Source: Paraspadella gotoi (Eukaryota; Animalia; Chaetognatha). Taken from it: a DNA stretch of 64,000 nucleotides. Shown one piece after another: positions 53,745 to 64,000 of the stretch. Position numbers and translations under genes: made by a program. The notes below the pieces were generated by a model. That model was not told the DNA's origin and did no database searches. It worked only from the letters and a program-made list of their open reading frames with translations. The stretch's first letter is position 1. Every line of letters begins with the position of its first letter. The stretch covers positions 3,460,192 to 3,524,191 of the forward strand of contig CM119267.1 of the NCBI GenBank assembly GCA_051294375.1, read 5' to 3'.

Positions 53745-54074
53745 ATGGGAGGCTGCTGCCCCGGCGGAGAGCAAGACTACCGGGATGTTGACGAACCCAG
53801 TCCCGCGACGAAGCGAAGGCAGCTGGCGGAGGCCGCCGAGAAACGCCAGGCCGCAAATATGAATCGCGGAGTCAAAGTATAACAACCTTGCTGATGATTG
53901 TTGTTTTAAAAGTTATCAACAATTCGGTAATTATTTGAATTGTCGTAGGACGGGGAGGCGCTCCAGCGAAGACAACAGCACAGAGAGGAATTAGAGAGGA
54001 GAGCCGATGAGGCAGAGAGACTAGAACGTGCGGGAGGTGGTGAAGGCGGAGGCATGAGATGGCAAATTGGTTGA
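53745..54074 (+). CDS. SVIP: Small VCP/p97-interacting protein, 2 coding exons
   Basis: MGGCCPGG..KRRQLAEAAEKRQ..NRGVK|DGEALQRRQ..GGGMRWQIG*; intron 53877-53948; probable 5'UTR exon 53562-53634. Not in the ORF track. Confidence 0.88.
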
Positions 54075-54511
54075 GAAACGATCCCCCCCCCTCCCCCCCG
54101 CGGCCATAGTTTTTACTGCACTATCTAAGTCATTTTAATTTTTTTTTATTGATCGAATCACTTTTTTTTCCTGGAGCTTTTGTAGATTCCCACGTTTGCA
54201 TAAAGTTGGGCGGTTTTTTATATTTTGCTTCGAGATCAGTTGTAACGACAGAATATCCTTCTTGTATTGGAATGGTTATGCCCACGATTAATTCGGGAAA
54301 ATATTTTCGTGGCGACTATTATTATTATATTATCATGTGTTTTTTTTTGTTTTTTGTTTTTTTCGTTAATGTAGTTATTTTTTGCTTAATTTAACGAACT
54401 GCTTCGAGCGAAAGCCGTCAAGACGTCCTCTACAATAATGTTGGTTTAAAAAAAGTGTAACCGTCACAAGTCGCGTTACAGTCAATATGACCGCGCCCCT
54501 TTCCGTGGACA

Positions 54512-55849
54512 ATGACCCATCCACCGGTCGACGGTGATATCGAGGGTGACGGCGACGACGTCGACGTTGAAACCGAATCCGACGTCGCTGACGAGATGCA
54601 ACAGACTCGAAAACTGGGGAAGGGATCTCCCATTTACGTCACCCTTCCCACGCGCGACGCGGATTGGATCAACGATGTGCCGATGGAGGAGAGCGACCGT
54701 TGCCGTCGCCTCCTCCATTTTTTGCGCCTCTTTTACAAACAAATTCTGTTGATGACGGCTTTCGGCTTCACCGGAATCTTGTTCCTCATCTTTTCTCGGC
54801 AATACGTTCAAAGGGCCATTCATTTGTTGGAGGACGTCGACGTCGGCTGGCAGTGTTGCATGTTTCTCCGTGAGTGGGGGGGACCACTGGGAACTGACCT
54901 TTTTTTTAATTTTATGTTTTTATTCAATCCCGATTCCGTAAAATCTCCTTAGTTTTCTTCGTCATTTGCTCCTTTCCTTTGATGTGGGGATACATCGTTT
55001 TGGTCATCAGCGCTGGTTTTCTCCACGGTGTGATCTTCGGAGGCGGGATCGTGATCGTCTGCGCCGGCGCGGGCGTCACCGTGTCCCATCTCGTTCTCTC
55101 GTCTTGTCTACGAAACGTGGTCAAGAGAAAAATCCTACCGTCGCGACAAAGTCAGTCGTCATTCTTATTTTAAAAAACAAGTGTTTCAGAGTTAAACGAA
55201 TTTATAAATTTACCAATTCGCGGTATTCCCATCATAGGTCTACAAGCACTGATTTCAGCCGTGGACGGCGAGAATGGTCTTCGGGTTGTCACCTTGGCCC
55301 GCTTGACGCCGATTCCCTTCGGAATTCAAAACGCGGTCTTCAGCGTGTCCTCGTTGCCGCGTTGGCGCTACGTCCTCGCCTCCATGCTGGGTTTGCTGCC
55401 TGGCCAGCTCATCGAAGTTTACATTGGGAATTCGCTGAAGAGTTTGGGTAGGTGAGAGAGAGNNNNNNNNNNAGAGAGAGAGACCCAGAGAGAACGGTGG
55501 AAAAGAAAAAAATAATTTTTTTTCCGTCCCGATCCCAGGTGAACTCTGGTCCCACAGCCACGCCTCCCCAATGAACGTGACGATCGTAGCCTTTCAGATC
55601 GGCATGACCCTCTCGCTCTTTTATTACCTTTTCTACCTGGCGAAGAAGGAGCTTCGCAAGATCACGGAATTAAACGCGGAGGAGTCGTTGGAGGCTGCGC
55701 GAGACGGTGGGCGGGACGGAGGGCGCGAGCAGGACCTCGCTACCTTGCTGCCCGTCGAGGATGAAATGGAGGCCGCCCGAGGAGAGTCGGACGATTCCGG
55801 CAGATCCGTCTTGCTCAAAGCCGCTCGAGACGTTGACCGACTCGTTTAG
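54512..55849 (+). CDS. TMEM64: TMEM64-like VTT/DedA-domain membrane protein, 4 exons
   Basis: FVICSFPLMWGYIVLVISAGFLHG, GLRVVTLARLTPIPFGIQNAVFS, YVLASMLGLLPGQLIEVYIGNSL. An N-gap lies in intron 3. Confidence 0.85.
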
Positions 55850-56763
55850 GGCTTTCGTGGGCCTTCCCTAGGGGTCTTCACGAGAGCCTCCGCCGGGGGC
55901 CACGTAAATTGACCGCCCCCCACTTTTGATATGCGACTTTTTATTCCTCAACTTGCCTTCGTACAATTCATATTCTTGCTAATTCGCGTTGTCAAGTGAA
56001 TACCTGTGCCGAATAACATTTTTTTTTCAAAGATGTCAGGAACCTGCGTTGGAACGAGACTTTGAAGCGAGGAACTCGAGTCAATGGATAACGATTTTCT
56101 TCTCACTTTCACACTTGCTCTAGCTCTCGCTCAATCATTATGTTTAGAAAGAGTTTAATGAATGTTTGGAAACGTTTTCGAGTTTTTTGTCAACTCTCTC
56201 TATCTCGGTCAGTTTTGGGTCGACCTCTCGCCAAATTCGTAGTCGACGCAGCCTTTTTTTCGTTACGAACATTATCGCCATTTAGTTATTTACAACAGCG
56301 TTATTGGTGACTCTTAACAAATCATTATCGCATTATCAATTTCGCATAAGTTTCAATGTAAAATTTATACTAAGCAGGCTCCGTGTCCACAGATAAAAAT
56401 TGAAACCGGTTCTTGCTAAAGCCGAAAAATGTCAACCGAGCAGTTTTCAACCCGGCATTCCGCATCTCTCAAAATTAGTCAATTTGTTTCTTTTTCAGAA
56501 AGTCGTCCTTGCTTATTATCCTTACTCGCAAATCTGACATCCTGAAAATTGGATACTTAACTAATTCTGCCGCATTTTAAGATAAGATCGCTACCCCGTA
56601 TCTTATGTATTTATCATCAGCGGACATCGCTCCGTTAAAAAAAAAAAATATGTGAATCGTTGGCCATTGCGCATTCTAATCGCGGAAAAACCCACGGGCT
56701 GGGGGTTATAAACCGCATCAGACTTTAAGAACATCATAAAAAAGAATTTGAAAACTCATAACG

Positions 56764-59700
56764 ATGGAGGAAGCTCAACGGGAATCCGACGATCAAAGCC
56801 AATACAGCGACGTCTCCAAAAGTTTCTGCCAGCCCGAGATAGAAGCCGACGAACCTGGATTAAAGGTACACGGAGTTTTTTTTTTACTTTTATTTTTCTT
56901 CATTTTACCAATACTAATCCTCGTCTTTCTTTTCTAGCTTCCTTTTCCTCCATTTCCGGGCGAGACGGTTCGTCATCTCGGCAGAAGCGCTGATGGAACG
57001 ATCGCACTCAGCGACTTTCGAATTTTTATTCAAGCTGCCAACGGATCCGTCAATCTGCCTCTCGGTCTCATCGAGTCCATCGAAATGAGAGACATATTTT
57101 ATATTTTTCTCATGGGTAAAGACGCCCAAACCTTCAAGTAAGTTTCCGTGGTTGGGCTCAAATCTTTAAACTTTTTCCCGAAAAATTTTTTAAAAAATAT
57201 ACTTGTTAAATTCAGGTTGACTTTTCTTACGAATGAACAATGCATCGAGTGGCACAAGCGATTGTCCTCTGTGATGTATCCCTACTCGAAAGTGAATCGG
57301 GTCTTCGCTTTCACCTTTCACAATTACCTTAATAATGAATCCTCTACCGCTAAAGGTTCTGCCTAAAAGTCCTGGTATTTAGTCTTGTTTTGAGCTTTTT
57401 CTTCTTCTGACAATTTTTTTAAATTTTCATTAACCAGTTGACCATCCATTTGTTAATATACTGACTGAAAGAAGCTGCGCCGACGCTTTGGATGCTACTG
57501 ACAAAGAGATTCATCGCATGGGATTCGACCTGTTGAACGCATGGAGAGTGACGAATGCTAACTCGGAATACAAGTACGGCCTTGGATTGCCTTAGTTAGA
57601 AGATCATCGAAAATGAAATCATTTTTTCTCCCTCGCAGATTATGTCCTACCTACCCGAAGCGCCTCATCGTTCCCGCATGGATCACCGACCAAGACCTGG
57701 AAGTCGTGGCGTCCTTCCGCGCATCACGCCGCATTCCCGTCGTGACGTGGCGCCACAAGGCTAACGGCGCCGTTATCTCCCGTTCCTCCCAACCGGAAGT
57801 GGGTTGGCTCGGATGGCGTAGCAACGCTGACGAGCATTTGATCCATTCGATCGGGTCGGCCGCCTCCATCGTCGAACGATCGTCCCGTCTCTCTCGATCC
57901 GACTCGACCTTAAAGAGCGGGGGAGATGATGCCGGGGGCGAACGGCGCCGAATTTCCGAATCGGACGCGGCCTTCGGCGCCGTGGCCACTCCCGAAGGAT
58001 CCCCCTATGCCGACGCCGATTTTCTGAAGGACAATCCCGGCGGCGCCAGTGGTGGTTCCAACGGCGAACAAGCGAATCAAGACAAACGGGTTTTCATTCT
58101 CGACGCGAGGTCTTATCCTAGTGCCGTGGCCAACCGAGCTAAAGGAGGCGGTTGCGAATGCCATGGTGCGTTTGAGCTCTCTGCATAATGTCAAAAAAAA
58201 TTAAAGAATTTGATTACTTAACCCCCTTCGTAATGGGTTCAACTATACCCTTTAGTTTTTAAAGAAATGAAAAGATGTTCCCGACATCATTCCATTTTCC
58301 ATTTTTTTCTCCCCATTCCAGAATACTACACTTCATCGGAAATACATTTCATGGGTCTTGCTAATATCCACACTGTACGCAAGTCCTTTCACTCTGTCAG
58401 AGCTTTGTGTCAAACTGCCCCACAAGACCAAGGAGCTTGGTTGTCACAGTTGGAAAAAACCCAGTGGCTTCAAGGATTGTGTTCAATTATCAAGGTATTA
58501 AAAAGGGAAGGGGTTAGAATCTCGGAGACGGATAGTGTAATGGTCTATCGTTAAAACAGTCTGCTGTGATCGTCGCTTCTAAAGTCGACGAAGAATCGAA
58601 AAGCGTTCTGGTTCATTGTTCGGACGGTTGGGATCGAACTCCGCAAGTCGTCGCTTTGGCCCAACTCTTGTTGGATCCTTTCTATCGCACCATTGAGGTA
58701 AGTATTTTTAAATTACTCAACCTTCCTTATTCTCAATCTTTAAATCTTCTCGTCAAGGGCTTTCAAACGTTGGTCACTCGTGAGTGGCTGGATTACGGGC
58801 ACAAGTTCGCCGATCGTTGCGGATCTCACGGCCCTGGAGCCCACGACCAAAACGAAAGATGCCCAGTATTTTTACAGTGGTTGGATTGTGTTTATCAAGT
58901 CCATGTCCAGTTCCCGTGTGCCTTTCAATTCAATGAGACTTTTCTTTTTAAGCTTGCTCTGGTACGTTTGAAATTTTTATTGGCTTTTTTTGAAACCGAA
59001 AATTATAGTATTGAGTAATCCGTTTGATTGCAGCATACGTATTCCTGTTTGTTCGGGACGTTCCTGTGCAACAGTCATCATGAGCGAGAGTCGGTTTGCC
59101 TCGCTGATAAGACTTACAGCATATGGGCATTTCTCAAGTCTGGAAACAACCGCTTCAGAAATTACCTTTACAATGTCTATCCCAAGGTAAAGACCTGCTT
59201 TTGGCGAGATAAATCGGCGTTTGCGCTTTAACAACGAATTCGTATTTTCCAGACGCTTTGGCCCAAGTCGTATTTGCGACATATGGTTTTCTGGAAAGGC
59301 GTCTATCTGAACCACTCATCCAAGCCGCTCCGCGATCAGCCCAAAGTGGAAGTTGAAAGACAGAGCGAATCAACGGTCATGCTGGAAATGATCTCCCCGT
59401 CCTCTGCCAAGTCTATCTCATTGTCGCGCGCTGGAAGCGAGACTGGAAACGAGAGTGACCAGGCCGCGCCCGACGTCCCTCCCTCGCAGCATCCTCTCTT
59501 TAACGAGTCTTTGGACGAGCCCGTCGGCCCCGCCCTTCCGACCAAGTCGCTCTCCTACGATGATATCGTTTCCGCCCTTGAAAATCAATGCTCCATCGAC
59601 GCCGAGAGCGGCGCCGCGACCACTTCCTCCGCCAACAGCCCGCCCCCTCGCGCCGGTTCTTTTCCCAACATTGCCAGCCTCGACAGCGCGCCGGCCACGG

Positions 59701-62001
59701 TTGCCGGTAAAGAAGAGAGCGAAAATACGACGCCGAAGACGATCGAGGCGGCGACGCCCTGCCTCGAAACGGCGTCGCAGGACGTTATTGTTTCGGCATC
59801 TCCAGAAATGGTTTCTGCTGGTGCGGAAGCTCCGGAAGCAAATGACGGGCTTTTGGTCTCTTCGGAACTGAAGGGCACGCTAGAGCCCGGCCAGGATGAA
59901 GAGGAAAAGACCAAGGATTCGGACAACTCCCCCGAGAGACTCATTCCTTTCATCCAGGCCGACTCGGCTGCCATCTCTGAAGGTCAAACGAGACCGGAAA
60001 CTATTCCCATGGAAACGTTGAGGGTTGATCGAATCGAATCGATCTCGGCGCCGACTACATCGCTGGGTGACGTGAAAGAAAAATCCCCGGTGTCGAGCTT
60101 TTCTAGTCTCCAAATCGATGAACTGCCTTCACACACTGACCTCGTTGAAGGATCCAACGGAACGCACTCAGGTGGCTGGATATTGAATATTTTTAATTTT
60201 TGGGCGAAATAATTTTTTGTTAAAATTATTATTTTTGGTTCATTTTTGAGAAAAAAAATCAAAGAAAATATTTGGCTGTCGTATTTAACCATTTCATATT
60301 CAACCCAGTAGGAGACAGTCGTAACGGTAACCTTCCACTTGTTACTACATGCGACGTGGGTACTATTACCGACTCGGTAAGTAAAATTCCGTCAATCTAA
60401 TGCAACAACCCGTTCGCTTCGTTATAAACATATCGGTTCCTTCCTTTATCCCCAGACAAATAGTCCTTTCCCCTTCAATACGACCCATTACGACGAGCAG
60501 TTCCGTCTGCAGATTGGCTTCACTTCGTCCAAAAAAGGTTCCAACTTGGTTCCAAATTGGCACCCCTCAGAGGCAAAGGACCTCTTCGACTCGGATGCCA
60601 CTGAGGAGGTGGTCAATCCTTACTTCCCCAACAAACAGAAGATAAGAAAGAAAGTCAGATCGCGCTCTCCCGAATCCTCTGATCGCAATTCCGAATCATC
60701 CGCCGACTTCGAGACAGTCTCCAATCACATTAATGGATATAATCCTTCCCCTTCCGCACTTAACTGTGCCGTAAGTTGCATGGGTTGTAAGATAATTTTT
60801 AGGGGGGGGGGTTGATGATCTTTGATCGTTATATAAACTATTGGTGTAACCCTTTCGTTTGTTTTTGTTTTTAGTATTGCTCAATTTCAAAGCCAGTCGC
60901 GTCCTTTGGTCCTGGATCGTCTTGTTCACACGATTTGGACATAGACGGAATTCCTTCTCACTATGATCAAATTCAGGTCCATTCAGAATTTTTGAGCTTT
61001 GGCCGTTAAATTGTAAAGCTAAGAAGCGTCCGCATGAATACTTTTTTCTATTTGTTTTTAGGCTCAACTTTCCTCTATCGACGCCTCCCATCAAACGGAA
61101 ATCGCTTCTTTGAGATCCCGATTGTCACAAATAACGGCGATGTTTTATCAAGCAAAAAACGCCGCGATTGCCGCTGCCCAATCTGCTTGCAACGGCATTG
61201 GCCCGCGTAACCTGCCCTTGAACGAGGATTCGAGATGCGGAGAGTTGGTCCGTTTACAAAACTCCGCAATGATTTCAATATATTTAATTAATTGTCTTAT
61301 TTTCTAGTTTGGTCACGAAATCAATGGCGATGAACCTTCGTCGGTAAATGGAAGAGCGTCCAATGCACCTTCTGACGTGAGCTGGGAACACGTGGACGAT
61401 GATGACGCGGGAATGACGCTATGGGTTCCTGACCACACGGTTACTCATTGCGCGGGGTGTCAAACCCAGTTCTGGATCGCCAGAAGGAAACATCACTGCA
61501 GGTTTGAGAAGTCGCCCTTTTTTCGGCCATTGGCCAAAATCAAACTTAATGTTTTCGTTATCCAGATCGTGCGGGAAGGTATTTTGTCACGACTGCTCGG
61601 GACAAGTGGCACCCATCCCTTCACAAAATTTGACTAATCCTGAGCGCGTATGCCTTCCATGCTACGTCAGATTAACAGGTTAGATTTATAATCCCTATGA
61701 AGTGGCCCTTTATAACTGTTATCCATCTTTTCTCTATTAAACTTTTTTGGATGAATTGTATTTTCTTTAAACCGGAATTCTCTTATTCATAGGAAATTCC
61801 AGTCCTAGCAAGGATTCAATGACTGACAGCTGCAGCACCATCCACGACTTATCCAATTCGGTCTCTTCGAGGCTCGCTGTCGGCAATGGCTGTTTGCCTC
61901 CTAATTCTGTTCCTGCTAACTGTAGTACTGCTAATCTAGATCCCGATTTGTCAAGAGGTTTAATAGAGACGGCTAAAAAACAAATAGTTTCTCAAAATTA
62001 A
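56764..62001 (+). CDS. Myotubularin-related phosphoinositide phosphatase MTMR3/4, multi-exon
   Basis: PH-GRAM start LPFPPFPGE; LCPTYP; RSSQPEVGWLGWR; ANRAKGGGCE; catalytic VHCSDGWDRTPQ; FYVE WVPDHTVTHCAGCQTQFWIARRKHHCRSCGKVFCHDCS. Confidence 0.94.
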
Positions 62002-63201
62002 GTCATTCAGTAACAAATATAAATTGCAAACTTCGTGGGCTAGGAATTAATAAGAATCAATAAATTGATAGTAAATTTTTTTTTTTTTTTTTTTGAAAAA
62101 AAAAAAAAAAATTGATAGTAAATTAATAATGGTTATGAATTTTTTATCTGAGTAGACATAAGAGTGTCTTGATTTCAACCAATTGTATAAATGTATCATT
62201 GATTGATTCAGACTTTTAAATTTATATTTTTATGGTTATCGGATAATAAAAAGAAATTTGATTTTAATAATTGTTCTAAATTTTTACAAAAGTTGTGTCA
62301 GAATAGTACTTTGTATAATTACAAAGCTGACTAATTGCGTGAAGAAATGGTTTCTATGAAAGTAGCTCCACAGTCCTTTAGAAACAAAGAATTTTGCCAG
62401 CTTAAGCAAGTACTACAGTAACATATGTAACCCAAACGTCGTTTTTACGTTATAGGGTCGCTTTGTCGTATTTGATACAATTGTGAAAAAAGTGATGACC
62501 ATTTTGCACGCTAAAAAGACCTAAAAAATATTACGTACCTCGGTACTATTTGGTGACAAAATAAATATTAAATATTTAGCAAATTTGTAAGATGCGGCAG
62601 TTATTATTTCTGAGATTTCTAAAGAGGATATAGGAAACCTGGAAAAACTTTCTTGGGATCGACTACAGATTGAAGGATTCGATCTGCCTGGGATGCAGAA
62701 TGCAGATTTTATCTCAGTTCATCCTACAAATCGACCGGTGACCGACTTTTAATTTTATAAGCTTTTCTTTTTAAAAGGAATTTTTCTTGGTCGCAAACCT
62801 TACAGAACCGGGAATTACAGTACACACGGACGTTATTTAAAAATGATTCGAGGAACTCATTAAGTTACTTCGCCGAAGTCTTATTTGTAAATTTGTTGGG
62901 CAACTTTTTTTGGTCACTTTTGACTCTATTTACGTATTGTCGCTATTCTTTTGCATTTCCAGAAAAAATATACGAAGTAAACATTCCCTGAAGCATAACT
63001 TTTGTCAGTATCTCGGAAATGTACATCGACCATGGCGCCCGTCCATGGGCTTGCCCCAGAGGATTAAACTGTCTTTCCTTCATTTTTTAATAAAAGCAGT
63101 GAAGAAAGTTCAATATTTTCAAATCACACAATTTGAATAACACATTAAGGGAGAAACTAGTAAAGTTTGAACCAATCACTTCCCTCTTTTACCCCGACGA
63201 A

Positions 63202-64000
63202 ATGGCCAAAGATATTTCGCTTCTTGTCGACGGCCTCTCTCCTCCCTTTCCCGATCCGGTGGCCATCACTGGTTTGGAGTTCGACCACGCCACCTTCCGT
63301 CCCATCACCAAACGCACCGTCGCCTACATCGTCGTGGGACTCGCCTTCGATGAAGACGATCGAGTCCTCATGATGCAGGAGGCCAAATCATCTTGTCGCG
63401 GATCCTGGTATCTCCCCGCCGGCCGGCTCGAGCTCGGCGAGACCCTCATCGAGGGAGTCCAGCGCGAGGTGCTTGAGGAGACGGGGCTGAGCTACGAGCC
63501 GGAGACGATCCTCTGCGTGGAGATGCAGGGTGCCGTTTGGCAGCGCGTCACATTTATCGGACGAGCGCCGACTGGGCGCCTCAAACCCACGGCTGACAAG
63601 GAGAGTCTTGACGCCCGATGGATGAAGTGGCCCGATCTCAAATCTAAACCCATTCGGTGCCAGGATATTTTCTCCCTCATCGAGTTGGGAATCGAGTACC
63701 GACGAAAAAAGGAGGTCAAGTTCGCGCCCGTCTTCCCGCTGCTCACTCCCGTCGCCAACCTCTTCCTTCGCCTCGTCGTTTATCGCGAGGAACCGCGGGA
63801 GGGCGCTCTCGATCCGGACGTCCTGATCATCGCCGACGACAACGACCGCCTACCCGCGCTCGGGATGGACGCCTTCACCCCGCGGATGCAGCGTTTCGTC
63901 ACCAAAGCCGTCAAACACCTGACCAACGACGGACTCAAGGAATTGAGTTGTCGCGGGCTCCTGGCGATCGAGCACTGCGGCAAGACGATCCGGGACGCGA
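63202..64000 (+). CDS. NUDT18: Nudix hydrolase NUDT18 (8-oxo-dGDP phosphatase), runs off window end
   Basis: VAYIVVGLAFDEDDRVLMMQEAKSSCRGSWYLPAGRLELGETLIEGVQREVLEETGL contains the Nudix box. The frame is open to the end of the window. Confidence 0.88.
   Translation, partial: MAKDISLLVDGLSPPFPDPVAITGLEFDHATFRPITKRTVAYIVVGLAFDEDDRVLMMQEAKSSCRGSWYLPAGRLELGETLIEGVQREVLEETGLSYEPETILCVEMQGAVWQRVTFIGRAPTGRLKPTADKESLDARWMKWPDLKSKPIRCQDIFSLIELGIEYRRKKEVKFAPVFPLLTPVANLFLRLVVYREEPREGALDPDVLIIADDNDRLPALGMDAFTPRMQRFVTKAVKHLTNDGLKELSCRGLLAIEHCGKTIRDA

Overview
Eukaryotic (metazoan, probably invertebrate) nuclear DNA from a very compact genome. Exons are GC- and CpG-rich; introns are short (mostly about 55-110 nt) and AT-rich. 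By manual translation and splicing I identify 24 conserved protein-coding genes: RWDD4 (3' end), XPNPEP3, RANBP2/Nup358, RRS1, PAAF1, DIMT1, RPS14, RagC/D, HP1/CBX, LSM10, SMIM8, LSM1, DCAF1, PIWI, cathepsin C, RAB40, a GLUT/SLC2A transporter, a RAP1/TERF2IP-like gene, DPP7, XRCC2 (nested in a DPP7 intron), SVIP, TMEM64, MTMR3/4 and NUDT18 (5' part). All 24 lie on the + strand. Most stop-to-start gaps are only 32-450 nt, T-rich, and carry an apparently unpaired 3' splice acceptor before the ATG. The main hypothesis is a long polycistronic (operon-like) gene array resolved by spliced-leader trans-splicing. Special cases are a 32-nt SMIM8-LSM1 junction with no AG, a same-strand nested XRCC2, and promoter-like motif clusters inside introns. 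Other items: a 14-copy tandem repeat of the LSM1 splice donor, a dispersed ~150-bp intronic repeat family, a DINE-1/Helentron-like element, and several fold-back elements. Gene identities come from recalled family motifs, not database searches. Exon boundaries were read by eye, and no transcript evidence is available.
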